DNA of 34,572 nt. It comes from an uncultured Candidatus Saccharibacteria bacterium. Lineage in GTDB: Bacteria > Patescibacteriota > Minisyncoccia > Phycocordibacterales > JACOZG01. The stretch's first letter is position 1; each line of letters starts with the position of its first letter. Below the pieces are notes generated by a model. That model was given only the letters and a program-made list of their open reading frames with translations, was not told where the DNA came from and ran no database searches. Of this stretch, positions 16,493-23,765 are shown one piece after another. Location of the stretch: contig CAZMMP010000001.1 of assembly GCA_964567425.1 (NCBI GenBank), positions 1 through 34,572 on the forward strand, written 5' to 3'. A program made the translations under genes and the position numbers.

Positions 16493-17502
16493 TATTTTGC
16501 GAGCACGCTCTTTTTATAAGTATCCAAGTGATCCAGCGCCACGCCGGTACCCTTAGCGACGCAAAACAAAGCTTCGTCAGCGAGATAAGCCTTGACGCCA
16601 GTGCGACGGAAAACGAGTTCGGGCAGGTTAGCAAGCTGCGAGGTCCCGCCGGTCATGATAATGCCGTGATCAATAATATCGGCCGCGAGCTCGGGCGGCG
16701 TGGTTTGGAAGACGATCTTAATCGCTTTCACGATCTCGCGCAGCTCGTTATCAATCGCCTTCACGATCTCGTTGGTCTTAATTTCGGTCGAGCGCGGGAG
16801 GCCAGTCAAAAAGTCGCGACCTTTAATATCGTAGGAGAGCTCCTCCTCAAGCGGCACGGCGGAACCGATCTTCATCTTTACCTCCTCGGCCGTTTTATCG
16901 CCGATGGCCAAGTTGAACGTCTTTTTAATATAGTCAGTGATGGCTTGATCAATTTTGTTGCCAGCGCACTTAACGGAAGTGGAGGCCACAATACCACCAA
17001 GCGAAATGACCGCCACGTCCGTGGTACCGCCGCCGATATCACAGACCATGTAGCCGCGGGGCTCATGGATCGGGATGCCAGCGCCGATGGCAGCCAAGAT
17101 CGGCTCCTTCACCACGTACGCCGCTTTAGCGCCCGCTTTCATCGCCGCTTCAATAACGGCCCGACGCTCGGTGGAGGTAATGCCGGCCGGTACCGAGATC
17201 ATTACCTCCGGCTTCCAAAAATTATATTTGCCGAGCGCTTTGCCAATGTAATAACGGAGCATGATCTCGGTGACGCGGTAATCGGCAATGACCCCGTCCT
17301 TCATCGGCCGATAAGCGGTGATGCTGTCGGGAGTGCGGCCGATCATCTCTTTGGCCTCCAAGCCCACAGCGAGCACTTGATTATCAAGATCCGAGACGGC
17401 GACGACCGAGGGCTCGTTTAAGACAATCCCCTGCCCCGGCACAAAGACGAGGGTGTTAGCCGTGCCGAGATCAATCCCTAACTTCTTAATGATGCCAAAC
17501 AT
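16492..17502 (-). CDS. mreB: Second MreB-family actin homolog (paralog)
   Basis: 336 aa with LGIDLGTANTLVFV, DIGGGTTDVAVISLGG and IMTGGTSQL. Full set of actin-fold phosphate-binding motifs. Confidence 0.9.
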   Translation of the reverse strand: MFGIIKKLGIDLGTANTLVFVPGQGIVLNEPSVVAVSDLDNQVLAVGLEAKEMIGRTPDSITAYRPMKDGVIADYRVTEIMLRYYIGKALGKYNFWKPEVMISVPAGITSTERRAVIEAAMKAGAKAAYVVKEPILAAIGAGIPIHEPRGYMVCDIGGGTTDVAVISLGGIVASTSVKCAGNKIDQAITDYIKKTFNLAIGDKTAEEVKMKIGSAVPLEEELSYDIKGRDFLTGLPRSTEIKTNEIVKAIDNELREIVKAIKIVFQTTPPELAADIIDHGIIMTGGTSQLANLPELVFRRTGVKAYLADEALFCVAKGTGVALDHLDTYKKSVLAK

Positions 17503-17508
17503 AGGGCC

Positions 17509-17537
17509 ATTGTAGGCTTTTTGGCCCCCACAAGCAA
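17509..17537 (-). promoter_or_regulatory. Promoter TTGCTT-17-TACAAT, 6 nt before the ATG of the mreB paralog (leaderless layout)
   Basis: The minus strand reads TTGCTT (17537..17532), a 17-nt spacer, TACAAT (17514..17509), then ggccct and the ATG at 17502. Confidence 0.5.
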
Positions 17538-17540
17538 ACA

Positions 17541-17582
17541 GAAGAAAAAGCCGCTACTTGGGGAATTAATCCAAGTAACGGC
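17541..17582 (-). terminator. Rho-independent terminator of the 236-aa gene
   Basis: 12-bp stem (GCCGTTACTTGG / CCAAGTAGCGGC, one mismatch) with a 9-nt loop, followed on the minus strand by TTTTTCTTC. Confidence 0.6.
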
Positions 17583-17591
17583 AGCATTGTT

Positions 17592-18302
17592 TCAGTGACA
17601 CTCGCATTCATCTTTCGTCCAGTAGAGATCGCACTTAGCTTCAACAACTTTCAACCCTTCACGGGTCAAGATCGGGGCCAGTGATTTTTCGATCATCGAC
17701 CGAAACTGATCTTCCGGTTTTTCCACTCTCTCAACCAAAGGATTATAGGAAGGACAAACAATTATTTTTTCTAATTCCAATCGGTGTCCTTCCACAAATT
17801 GATTAAGGAGAAAACAACTAATTTCTTTAAGCTGACCAGCTGTGTGATTGTTGTATACAGTGATAGCTAAACCGGAACCCAACCCCTGACGACTCTGGTA
17901 ACGATACCACTCATTGGGGTTGTCTATAGCAAGCACTAAGGATAAGTAAGCTCCGCACTTACGCCTCTGATCGGATTTAGTCACAAAGTCGGTCTTAGCA
18001 CCCCAATTATGATCGCTACTAACAATACCATCAGCGAGCGGCATATTGCCCCAATCATGAGACCACTCCCAACAAAACATCCCCCAAGGATGAGAATGGA
18101 CTTGTCCGTTCTCAAAAGTGACTGGTACAGAAGTGGTCGGTGAGGGATATTCGTAGTAAAGAGGGCTTAACGCCAGCATCCCCACCCCAACAAATCCAAC
18201 CCACAACGGGATATTCCTGTTGGTCAGTTTGATCAGTCCCTCGACACACTCGAGCAAAACTACAGCTAAAACCAGAACGAGAACATATATGAACAGAGAC
18301 AC
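17592..18302 (-). CDS. Orphan membrane protein: N-terminal TM hairpin plus a W/H/C-rich domain ending in CECH
   Basis: GTG start with AAGGAG 6 nt upstream. It has its own promoter and terminator and is visibly AT-richer than its flanks. I recognise no family confidently. There is a weak SPFH/band-7-like pattern. Confidence 0.6.
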   Translation of the reverse strand: MSLFIYVLVLVLAVVLLECVEGLIKLTNRNIPLWVGFVGVGMLALSPLYYEYPSPTTSVPVTFENGQVHSHPWGMFCWEWSHDWGNMPLADGIVSSDHNWGAKTDFVTKSDQRRKCGAYLSLVLAIDNPNEWYRYQSRQGLGSGLAITVYNNHTAGQLKEISCFLLNQFVEGHRLELEKIIVCPSYNPLVERVEKPEDQFRSMIEKSLAPILTREGLKVVEAKCDLYWTKDECECH

Positions 18303-18369
18303 AATAAACTCCTTATTTTAGGACCCTTCGGCTAAGATCGGCACACCCGATTCAGCTTTCTCCAAACTT

Positions 18370-18398
18370 ACATTAGAACTTAATATACTATTCGTCAA
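18370..18398 (-). promoter_or_regulatory. Promoter TTGACG-17-TAATGT for the 236-aa gene
   Basis: The minus strand reads TTGACG (18398..18393), a 17-nt spacer and TAATGT (18375..18370). The leader is about 60 nt and ends in AAGGAG. Confidence 0.45.
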
Positions 18399-18447
18399 CT
18401 AATTTTAAAAGAACGAGATCGCGTGATGATTACTTGTTAGTTTTTAG

Positions 18448-18948
18448 TCAGTGTTGACCAGAGAGAGCGTGGAGATTGGATTGGAGACGAGCGCGAGCTT
18501 GGATCAGTGCCGCACTTAAGTTTTGTTTAATGATATCACTCGTCGTAAGAGGCAATAATTGTTCTTTGGCAACCACGGGGGTTGCCACCTGTGCACCCGT
18601 TGGACTCCCGAGGTGGAGCGTGAGGCCCATCACCCCAAGAGCCACGAGCATGATCGCGAGGGTGCCACCAGCGGCATGACGCAAGGCGGCTCCTTGCTCA
18701 TGAGTCGAGGTGAGATGTTGCCGACCGTGACGAGCTTGAACCAGTTCGTTGATCTCGGTCAACACGAGCTCCCGATTCATCGCCGCGAGCGTTTCTACTA
18801 ATTCGTCTTCAGCCACAAACCATCCGCCATTCGTCTCATCCCCGCTCTCCTTACAATTAAGTCGACCGGCCTCACACAACAAACGCAATTGCTCGATCGA
18901 GAGCCCCGAGAGTTGGGCTGCCCGCTCGAGCGACAGATAGGTTTTCAC
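18448..18948 (-). CDS. Bitopic protein: N-terminal MerR/excisionase-type HTH, a linker, one TM, and a short C-terminal tail
   Basis: LSLERAAQLSGLSIEQLRLLCEAGRL is HTH-like. The hydrophobic segment is GGTLAIMLVALGVMGLTLHLG. GTG start. Confidence 0.6.
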   Translation of the reverse strand: MKTYLSLERAAQLSGLSIEQLRLLCEAGRLNCKESGDETNGGWFVAEDELVETLAAMNRELVLTEINELVQARHGRQHLTSTHEQGAALRHAAGGTLAIMLVALGVMGLTLHLGSPTGAQVATPVVAKEQLLPLTTSDIIKQNLSAALIQARARLQSNLHALSGQH

Positions 18949-18955
18949 GCTTTAA

Positions 18956-18964
18956 AGTATAACA
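18956..18964 (-). promoter_or_regulatory. Extended -10 (TGtTATACT) 7 nt before the GTG of the HTH-TM gene (leaderless layout)
   Basis: The minus strand reads TGT TATACT ttaaagc GTG. No SD is present. Confidence 0.45.
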
Positions 18965-19003
18965 AAAAGCGCCGGGGCGCTGATAGAAAAAAGGGTGGAT
19001 AAG

Positions 19004-19012
19004 TGCTAGGGT
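19004..19012 (+). promoter_or_regulatory. Extended -10 (TGcTAGGGT) 8 nt before priA ATG 19021 (leaderless layout)
   Basis: TGC TAGGGT taagggcg ATG. This argues for ATG 19021 over the track start GTG 19003, which lies inside the element. Confidence 0.45.
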
Positions 19013-19020
19013 TAAGGGCG

Positions 19021-20961
19021 ATGGAAACGAGACTTCACATCGCTGAAATCGTCCCTCTTTCGCGCCAGGGCGGTAAAGAAACCTTGACCTATTTTACCGC
19101 CAAGCCAATCGTCCCCGGCGCGATGGTGGAGATCCCGCTCCGCGCCAAAACAGTGCCGGGGTTAGTGGTCCGAATTGAGCCCGCCGCGGACGTCAAAGCC
19201 GCTCTCCGCGGAGCGGATCATCAGCTAAAAAAAATTAAAAAGGTTTTATGCGCGCAACTGTTGTCGCCTCAATTTTTAGCAGCAGCCAGAACAACGGCTG
19301 ATTATCACGCCACCACGCTCGGAGCGATATTATTTTCCCTCCTGCCGCAAGTGGTGCTTGATCATTGCCCGGAACTCGAAGCGCTGGCTCGGCCGAGCGT
19401 GGGGACCGCGGCAAACTCGAGCAGCTCTCCGTTTAAACCAGAGGTCCAAGTATTGGAGGATAGCGACGAGGAACGAATTTCATTTTATAAAGCCCTGATC
19501 CGGCAAGAGTTTGCCCGCGGTCACTCGCTTTTCCTTTGCGTCCCGACCGCGGTGGATCTCCGCCGTACCGTTAAGCAGCTCGGACGCGGCATTGCTGAAT
19601 ATACCGCCATCTTCCACTCTAAAATGGGGGTTAAGGAATTGCGCGAAAATTGGCAGCGCGCGCTCGGCACTTCGCATCCGGTTTTAATTGTCGGTACCCC
19701 CCTCTTCCTCTCCCTACCCCGCGGTGATCTCAAAACGATTATCCTCGAGCGCGAAAATGCCGCGAGTTACAAGGCAATGACTCGACCCTTTACTGATTAT
19801 CGCCGGTTTGCTCGCGAACTAGCCGCCGAGCTTGGCGCCCGCCTGATTATTGGAGATATGTATCCGCGCACCGAAACCCTCCAAGAAGTGGATCTTAAAA
19901 ATTGGGCCGCGGTTAATACGCTCAAACAACGCCTCGTTTCATCGGCTCGTACCCGCACCATCAAAGCGACCAGCGGCGAAGTTTTGAGTGAGTCCCTTAG
20001 CACCCTACTCAACGAAGCGCCGTCGCATAACGAGCGCACCTTCCTCCTCGCCAATCGCCGAGGGGTCGCACCGCTCGTCGTCTGCGATGATTGCGGCGCC
20101 GCTGTGCTCTGCCCGCGCTGCGAAACGCCGCTCGTGCTCCACGAAGCCCGCGCACTCGCTCGTCCGATTGTCCACGCCGGCCGCAAACGAGAACGCGAGC
20201 TGGTACTCCTCTGCCACCGCTGCAATCACCGTGAAGAAGAGATCTACCAGTGCGCTACCTGCAATAGTTGGCGCTTGCGCGAACTGGGGACCGGCATCGA
20301 ACGCGTGGTGGCGGAAATCGAAGAGCGCTTTCCCACCCTCTCGGTCTTCCAACTCGATAGTGACCGCATCACCACAGCCAAAGCCGCCGAGGAGTTAATT
20401 GCTTCGTTTTTGGCCTCGCCCGGCGCCATCTTAGTGGGTACCGAAAAGGCGGCTCACTATTTATCGGAAAAGATCGAGAACATTGCCGTGGTCGCGACCG
20501 ACAGCCAATTTAGCGTACCCGACTTCCGCCTCCACGAACGACTCTTCGTACTGCTCACCCGCCTGCGGGCTTTGGCCACCAAACGCTTTGAGATCCAAAC
20601 GCGGTACGCTGACGAACCGCTCTTTGAGTACATCCGCCAGGGTAACTTGATCGATTTTTATCGGGCTGAATTGGCTGAACGGGAACGCTTTGGCTATCCC
20701 CCCTTCCGCACTCTTATCAAGATTACCCTTGAAGGTGCCAAAGAATCCGTCCGCCACGACATGGCTAAGCTCCAAACCCTTCTTGCCGATTACGCGCCGC
20801 TCGTCTACACCTCCTTTCAAGCGATCCGCAAAGGTAAGTACAGCTTAAACCTTCTCCTTAAGCTCGCCCCTTCTCGCTGGCCCGAGCCGGAGCTCGTGGC
20901 TGTCTTGCGCGCTCTGCCGCCGTCGTTTATTGTAAATGTTGAACCTGACGATATTTTATGA
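19021..20961 (+). CDS. priA: PriA-like primosomal protein N-prime with degenerate ATPase motifs
   Basis: Collinear with PriA: 3-prime-binding N-terminus (METRLHIAEIVPL), helicase-lobe spacing, a 4x CxxC zinc region (CDDC, CPRC, CHRC, CATC) and GTGIERVVAEIEERFP. The Walker A and Walker B positions read EDSDEERI and LERENA. The alternative start is GTG 19003. Confidence 0.8.
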   Translation: METRLHIAEIVPLSRQGGKETLTYFTAKPIVPGAMVEIPLRAKTVPGLVVRIEPAADVKAALRGADHQLKKIKKVLCAQLLSPQFLAAARTTADYHATTLGAILFSLLPQVVLDHCPELEALARPSVGTAANSSSSPFKPEVQVLEDSDEERISFYKALIRQEFARGHSLFLCVPTAVDLRRTVKQLGRGIAEYTAIFHSKMGVKELRENWQRALGTSHPVLIVGTPLFLSLPRGDLKTIILERENAASYKAMTRPFTDYRRFARELAAELGARLIIGDMYPRTETLQEVDLKNWAAVNTLKQRLVSSARTRTIKATSGEVLSESLSTLLNEAPSHNERTFLLANRRGVAPLVVCDDCGAAVLCPRCETPLVLHEARALARPIVHAGRKRERELVLLCHRCNHREEEIYQCATCNSWRLRELGTGIERVVAEIEERFPTLSVFQLDSDRITTAKAAEELIASFLASPGAILVGTEKAAHYLSEKIENIAVVATDSQFSVPDFRLHERLFVLLTRLRALATKRFEIQTRYADEPLFEYIRQGNLIDFYRAELAERERFGYPPFRTLIKITLEGAKESVRHDMAKLQTLLADYAPLVYTSFQAIRKGKYSLNLLLKLAPSRWPEPELVAVLRALPPSFIVNVEPDDIL

Positions 20962-21470
20962 CCACGATTGTCCAACAAGAGAACCCGGGACTCCGCCACA
21001 TCGCTCTCCCCGTAGCGGCGGCAGAATTTGGCACGGCCGCGCTCGCTCACCTCATCGAAAAGATGAGCGTGGCCTTGTCCCAGTGCGATGACGGCGTGGC
21101 GCTCGCCGCTCCGCAAATTGGCGTCGCGAAACGCGTCTTTATTGTGTCGCGCAAAATTTTTGAAACCAATCCCCCTGACCAAGATCTCGTCTTTATTAAT
21201 CCCCGAATTACCAAAACCTCGCGGCGCCGCGTCCTGGTGGAAGAGGGCTGCCTCTCGGTGCGCTGGTGGTACGGCAAAGTTAAACGCGCCGAAAAAGTGA
21301 CGGTTGAAGCCTATGATTTGGCTGGGCAAAAATTTACCCGCCACGGCGAGGGTTTGCTGGCTCAAATTTTTCAACACGAAATCGATCATTTAGACGGCGT
21401 ACTTTTTATTGACAAAGCCCAAGATCTCGAGGAATTACCGCCGGAGAATCATCATCACACCACCGGTTAA
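20958..21470 (+). CDS. def: Peptide deformylase
   Basis: GVALAAPQIG, EGCLS and HEIDH motifs. ATGA overlap with the priA stop. Confidence 0.95.
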   Translation: MTTIVQQENPGLRHIALPVAAAEFGTAALAHLIEKMSVALSQCDDGVALAAPQIGVAKRVFIVSRKIFETNPPDQDLVFINPRITKTSRRRVLVEEGCLSVRWWYGKVKRAEKVTVEAYDLAGQKFTRHGEGLLAQIFQHEIDHLDGVLFIDKAQDLEELPPENHHHTTG

Positions 21471-21473
21471 CGC

Positions 21474-22316
21474 ATGCCTCCTTTTATCTTTTTTGGTACT
21501 GATGAGTTTGCAGTTGGGGTCTTGGACGAGTTAGTGGCTCACGAGTGGTTACCACAGGTGATTGTCACTACTCCCGATCAGCCTGCGGGGCGCAAATTAC
21601 TTTTGACTCCCCCGCCGGTTAAGACGTGGGCCGAGCACCGCGGGATCACCGTTCTTCAACCAGAAAATCTGCGCGACCCTGAATTAGCCCAACATCTCAA
21701 ATCGGCGAATTTTGCCCTCTTTATTGTCGCCGCCTATGGCAAAATTATCCCCCCAACGATTTTAGAGCTCCCTGCTTACGGCACTCTTAATATTCACCCC
21801 TCGCTGCTCCCCAAATACCGCGGGCCCTCGCCGCTCCAAAGCGCGATCTTACAAGGCGACCAAGAAACTGGCGTCAGTATTATGAAGCTTGATGAGCAAA
21901 TGGACCACGGGCCGATTTTGGCGCAGAATAGCTGCCAGCTTTCACCTGTCGGCTTCGAGGAATTACGAGACAAACTCGCAAAATTAGGAGCGGAATTGCT
22001 GGTCAAAATTGTGCCTGATTATTTGGCCAGGAAAATTACTTTAACCGAGCAAGATCACGCTCGCGCGACCTACACTAAAAAATTCACTAAAGCTGATGCT
22101 GAAATTAAGCTACGTGAGGCACCCGAATTAAATTACCGCAAAATTTTAGCGCTTAACCCAAACCCCGGCACCTGGCTCATCGACGCAGACGGCACCCGCC
22201 TCAAAGTCCTCTCGGCTCATCTTGAGAACGACGAATTAAAATTTGATCGCGTCATCCCCGAAGGCAAAAAAGAAATGGAGTGGGAAAGTTACCTTCGGGG
22301 CCAAAATAAACACTAA
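21474..22316 (+). CDS. fmt: Methionyl-tRNA formyltransferase (short form)
   Basis: 280 aa with LNIHPSLLPKYRGPSPLQ. Follows def. Confidence 0.9.
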   Translation: MPPFIFFGTDEFAVGVLDELVAHEWLPQVIVTTPDQPAGRKLLLTPPPVKTWAEHRGITVLQPENLRDPELAQHLKSANFALFIVAAYGKIIPPTILELPAYGTLNIHPSLLPKYRGPSPLQSAILQGDQETGVSIMKLDEQMDHGPILAQNSCQLSPVGFEELRDKLAKLGAELLVKIVPDYLARKITLTEQDHARATYTKKFTKADAEIKLREAPELNYRKILALNPNPGTWLIDADGTRLKVLSAHLENDELKFDRVIPEGKKEMEWESYLRGQNKH

Positions 22317-22344
22317 AAAATCGCCTGGAAAATCCAGGCGATTT
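22315..22344. terminator. Hairpin between convergent fmt and the 95-aa gene; better terminator on the minus strand
   Basis: TCGCCTGGA-aaa-TCCAGGCGA, flanked by AAAAAA on the left and TTT on the right. On the minus strand the stem is followed by TTTTTT. Confidence 0.6.
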
Positions 22345-22391
22345 CAGAGGAAAATCATTTTCCTCCTCTGCTCCCGAGCGGCGCAGTACGA

Positions 22392-22679
22392 TCAACGCGG
22401 GGCCCGGCGCCATCTCGCTGTCTGAGCCCGGCGCTCCTCGCGCTCCAACTCATCTTCCGCGACCACATCGGTCTCAGGCAACGGCAACGCCAAAATCTTG
22501 CTCTGCATCCGACGCTTTTCCTCAGGCGTTCCGTCGGCGACACCCATTACTATGGCTGAAGCTACCTCCTGCCACGCCTGGTTCCGCGAAACAAGTGGTC
22601 GAGAACAGACGCACTGCTGGCCGATCCGAAAAAACAAAAAATACTTCCGACCGTTTTTTCTGACGACACCAATGAACAT
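22392..22679 (-). CDS. Small hypothetical protein (95 aa), stand-alone transcription unit
   Basis: AAGGAG lies 7 nt before the ATG. It has its own promoter and terminator. The C-terminus is charged. I recognise no family. Confidence 0.45.
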   Translation of the reverse strand: MFIGVVRKNGRKYFLFFRIGQQCVCSRPLVSRNQAWQEVASAIVMGVADGTPEEKRRMQSKILALPLPETDVVAEDELEREERRAQTARWRRAPR

Positions 22680-22712
22680 TAATGGTCTCCTTCTGTTCGG
22701 CGATCCAATCTA

Positions 22713-22741
22713 ACGGTATCAGACTCTAATTATTGTGTCAA
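22713..22741 (-). promoter_or_regulatory. Promoter TTGACA-17-(TGa)TACCGT for the 95-aa gene
   Basis: The minus strand has a consensus -35 (22741..22736) and an extended -10 (22721..22713). Confidence 0.4.
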
Positions 22742-22744
22742 TAG

Positions 22745-23365
22745 TTACTTAATCTCCACTTTCTCAATTCGAACGTCGGTAAGAGGGTGGTCGTTTTGGT
22801 TTCGCTTTACCTGTTCAATCTTATCGACTACCTCCATCCCCGAGATCACGCGACCAAAGGCGGTATGCTTGCCCTGGAGCCAATCCGTGGCCGGAGCGGT
22901 GATGATAAAAAACTGCGAGCCATTGGTATTGGGCCCGGCATTGGCCATTGCCATGATTCCTCGAACTAATTTAACGTCGTTCGGCTCATCGGCAAACGCG
23001 TAGCCTGGACCGCCGGTGCCATGCACGGCCCAGGTGGTCGGCTGGCTCTTGGTCAGCGGATCGCCCCCTTGGATCATAAAGTTGGGGATGACGCGATGGA
23101 AGAGCGTCCCGTCGTAAAAGCCGCCACTCGCGAGCTTCACAAAATTGGCCACCGTATTGGGTGCTTTGTCTTTCAAAAGTTCTACTTCGATTATTCCATA
23201 GTTGGTGCTAATTACCGCATGGGGGTTAATGCCGGGCATAATGGCTTTAAAGTTAACGTCTCGGACTGCTTCCTTTGATTTAATAATTTTTGATTCTTGC
23301 GTCACGGCTAACAAAACCCCAAGAACAACGAGCAAACCCAGCACACCGAGTATTTTTTTGATCAT
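22745..23365 (-). CDS. Cyclophilin-type peptidyl-prolyl cis-trans isomerase with an N-terminal membrane anchor or signal
   Basis: FHRVIPNFMIQGGDP and GSQFFI motifs. Hydrophobic N-terminus. Confidence 0.9.
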   Translation of the reverse strand: MIKKILGVLGLLVVLGVLLAVTQESKIIKSKEAVRDVNFKAIMPGINPHAVISTNYGIIEVELLKDKAPNTVANFVKLASGGFYDGTLFHRVIPNFMIQGGDPLTKSQPTTWAVHGTGGPGYAFADEPNDVKLVRGIMAMANAGPNTNGSQFFIITAPATDWLQGKHTAFGRVISGMEVVDKIEQVKRNQNDHPLTDVRIEKVEIK

Positions 23366-23367
23366 GA

Positions 23368-23745
23368 TTATTTCCAGGGATTTAAGCCCCGGAGCGTGTT
23401 TTTGATGGCTCGGCTGCCCCGCCGCAGGAGAGTGTTCTTCTTCGTTAAGGCCGAATTAATTTGACGAGTAATTTCATCCCGGACGCCATCAATCGCCGCG
23501 TAGAGATCGCGATCGGCTACCGCCGCGTAGAGATCGTGGCCGCGAAAGTGGAGCCGCACCTCGGCCCGAAAGATCTCTCCTTTCTCATGATGCCGGGTCT
23601 CCTTCCCTACTTCCACATTCGCTACCGCGCTCTCATCGTCCGCGGGGAGCAGTTTCTCGATCGTTCCGATCTTTTGCTCGACATAGCTCCGGATCGCGTC
23701 CGTTAACTCAATGTAGGTTGCTTTAAGATTGAGGTGTAGACTCAT
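23368..23745 (-). CDS. hpf: Ribosome hibernation promoting factor / RaiA family
   Basis: 125 aa with an S30AE-family N-terminus (LNLKATYIELTDAIRSYVEQKI). Confidence 0.85.
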   Translation of the reverse strand: MSLHLNLKATYIELTDAIRSYVEQKIGTIEKLLPADDESAVANVEVGKETRHHEKGEIFRAEVRLHFRGHDLYAAVADRDLYAAIDGVRDEITRQINSALTKKNTLLRRGSRAIKNTLRGLNPWK

Positions 23746-23765
23746 GATTTAAAAAATTAATCTGG

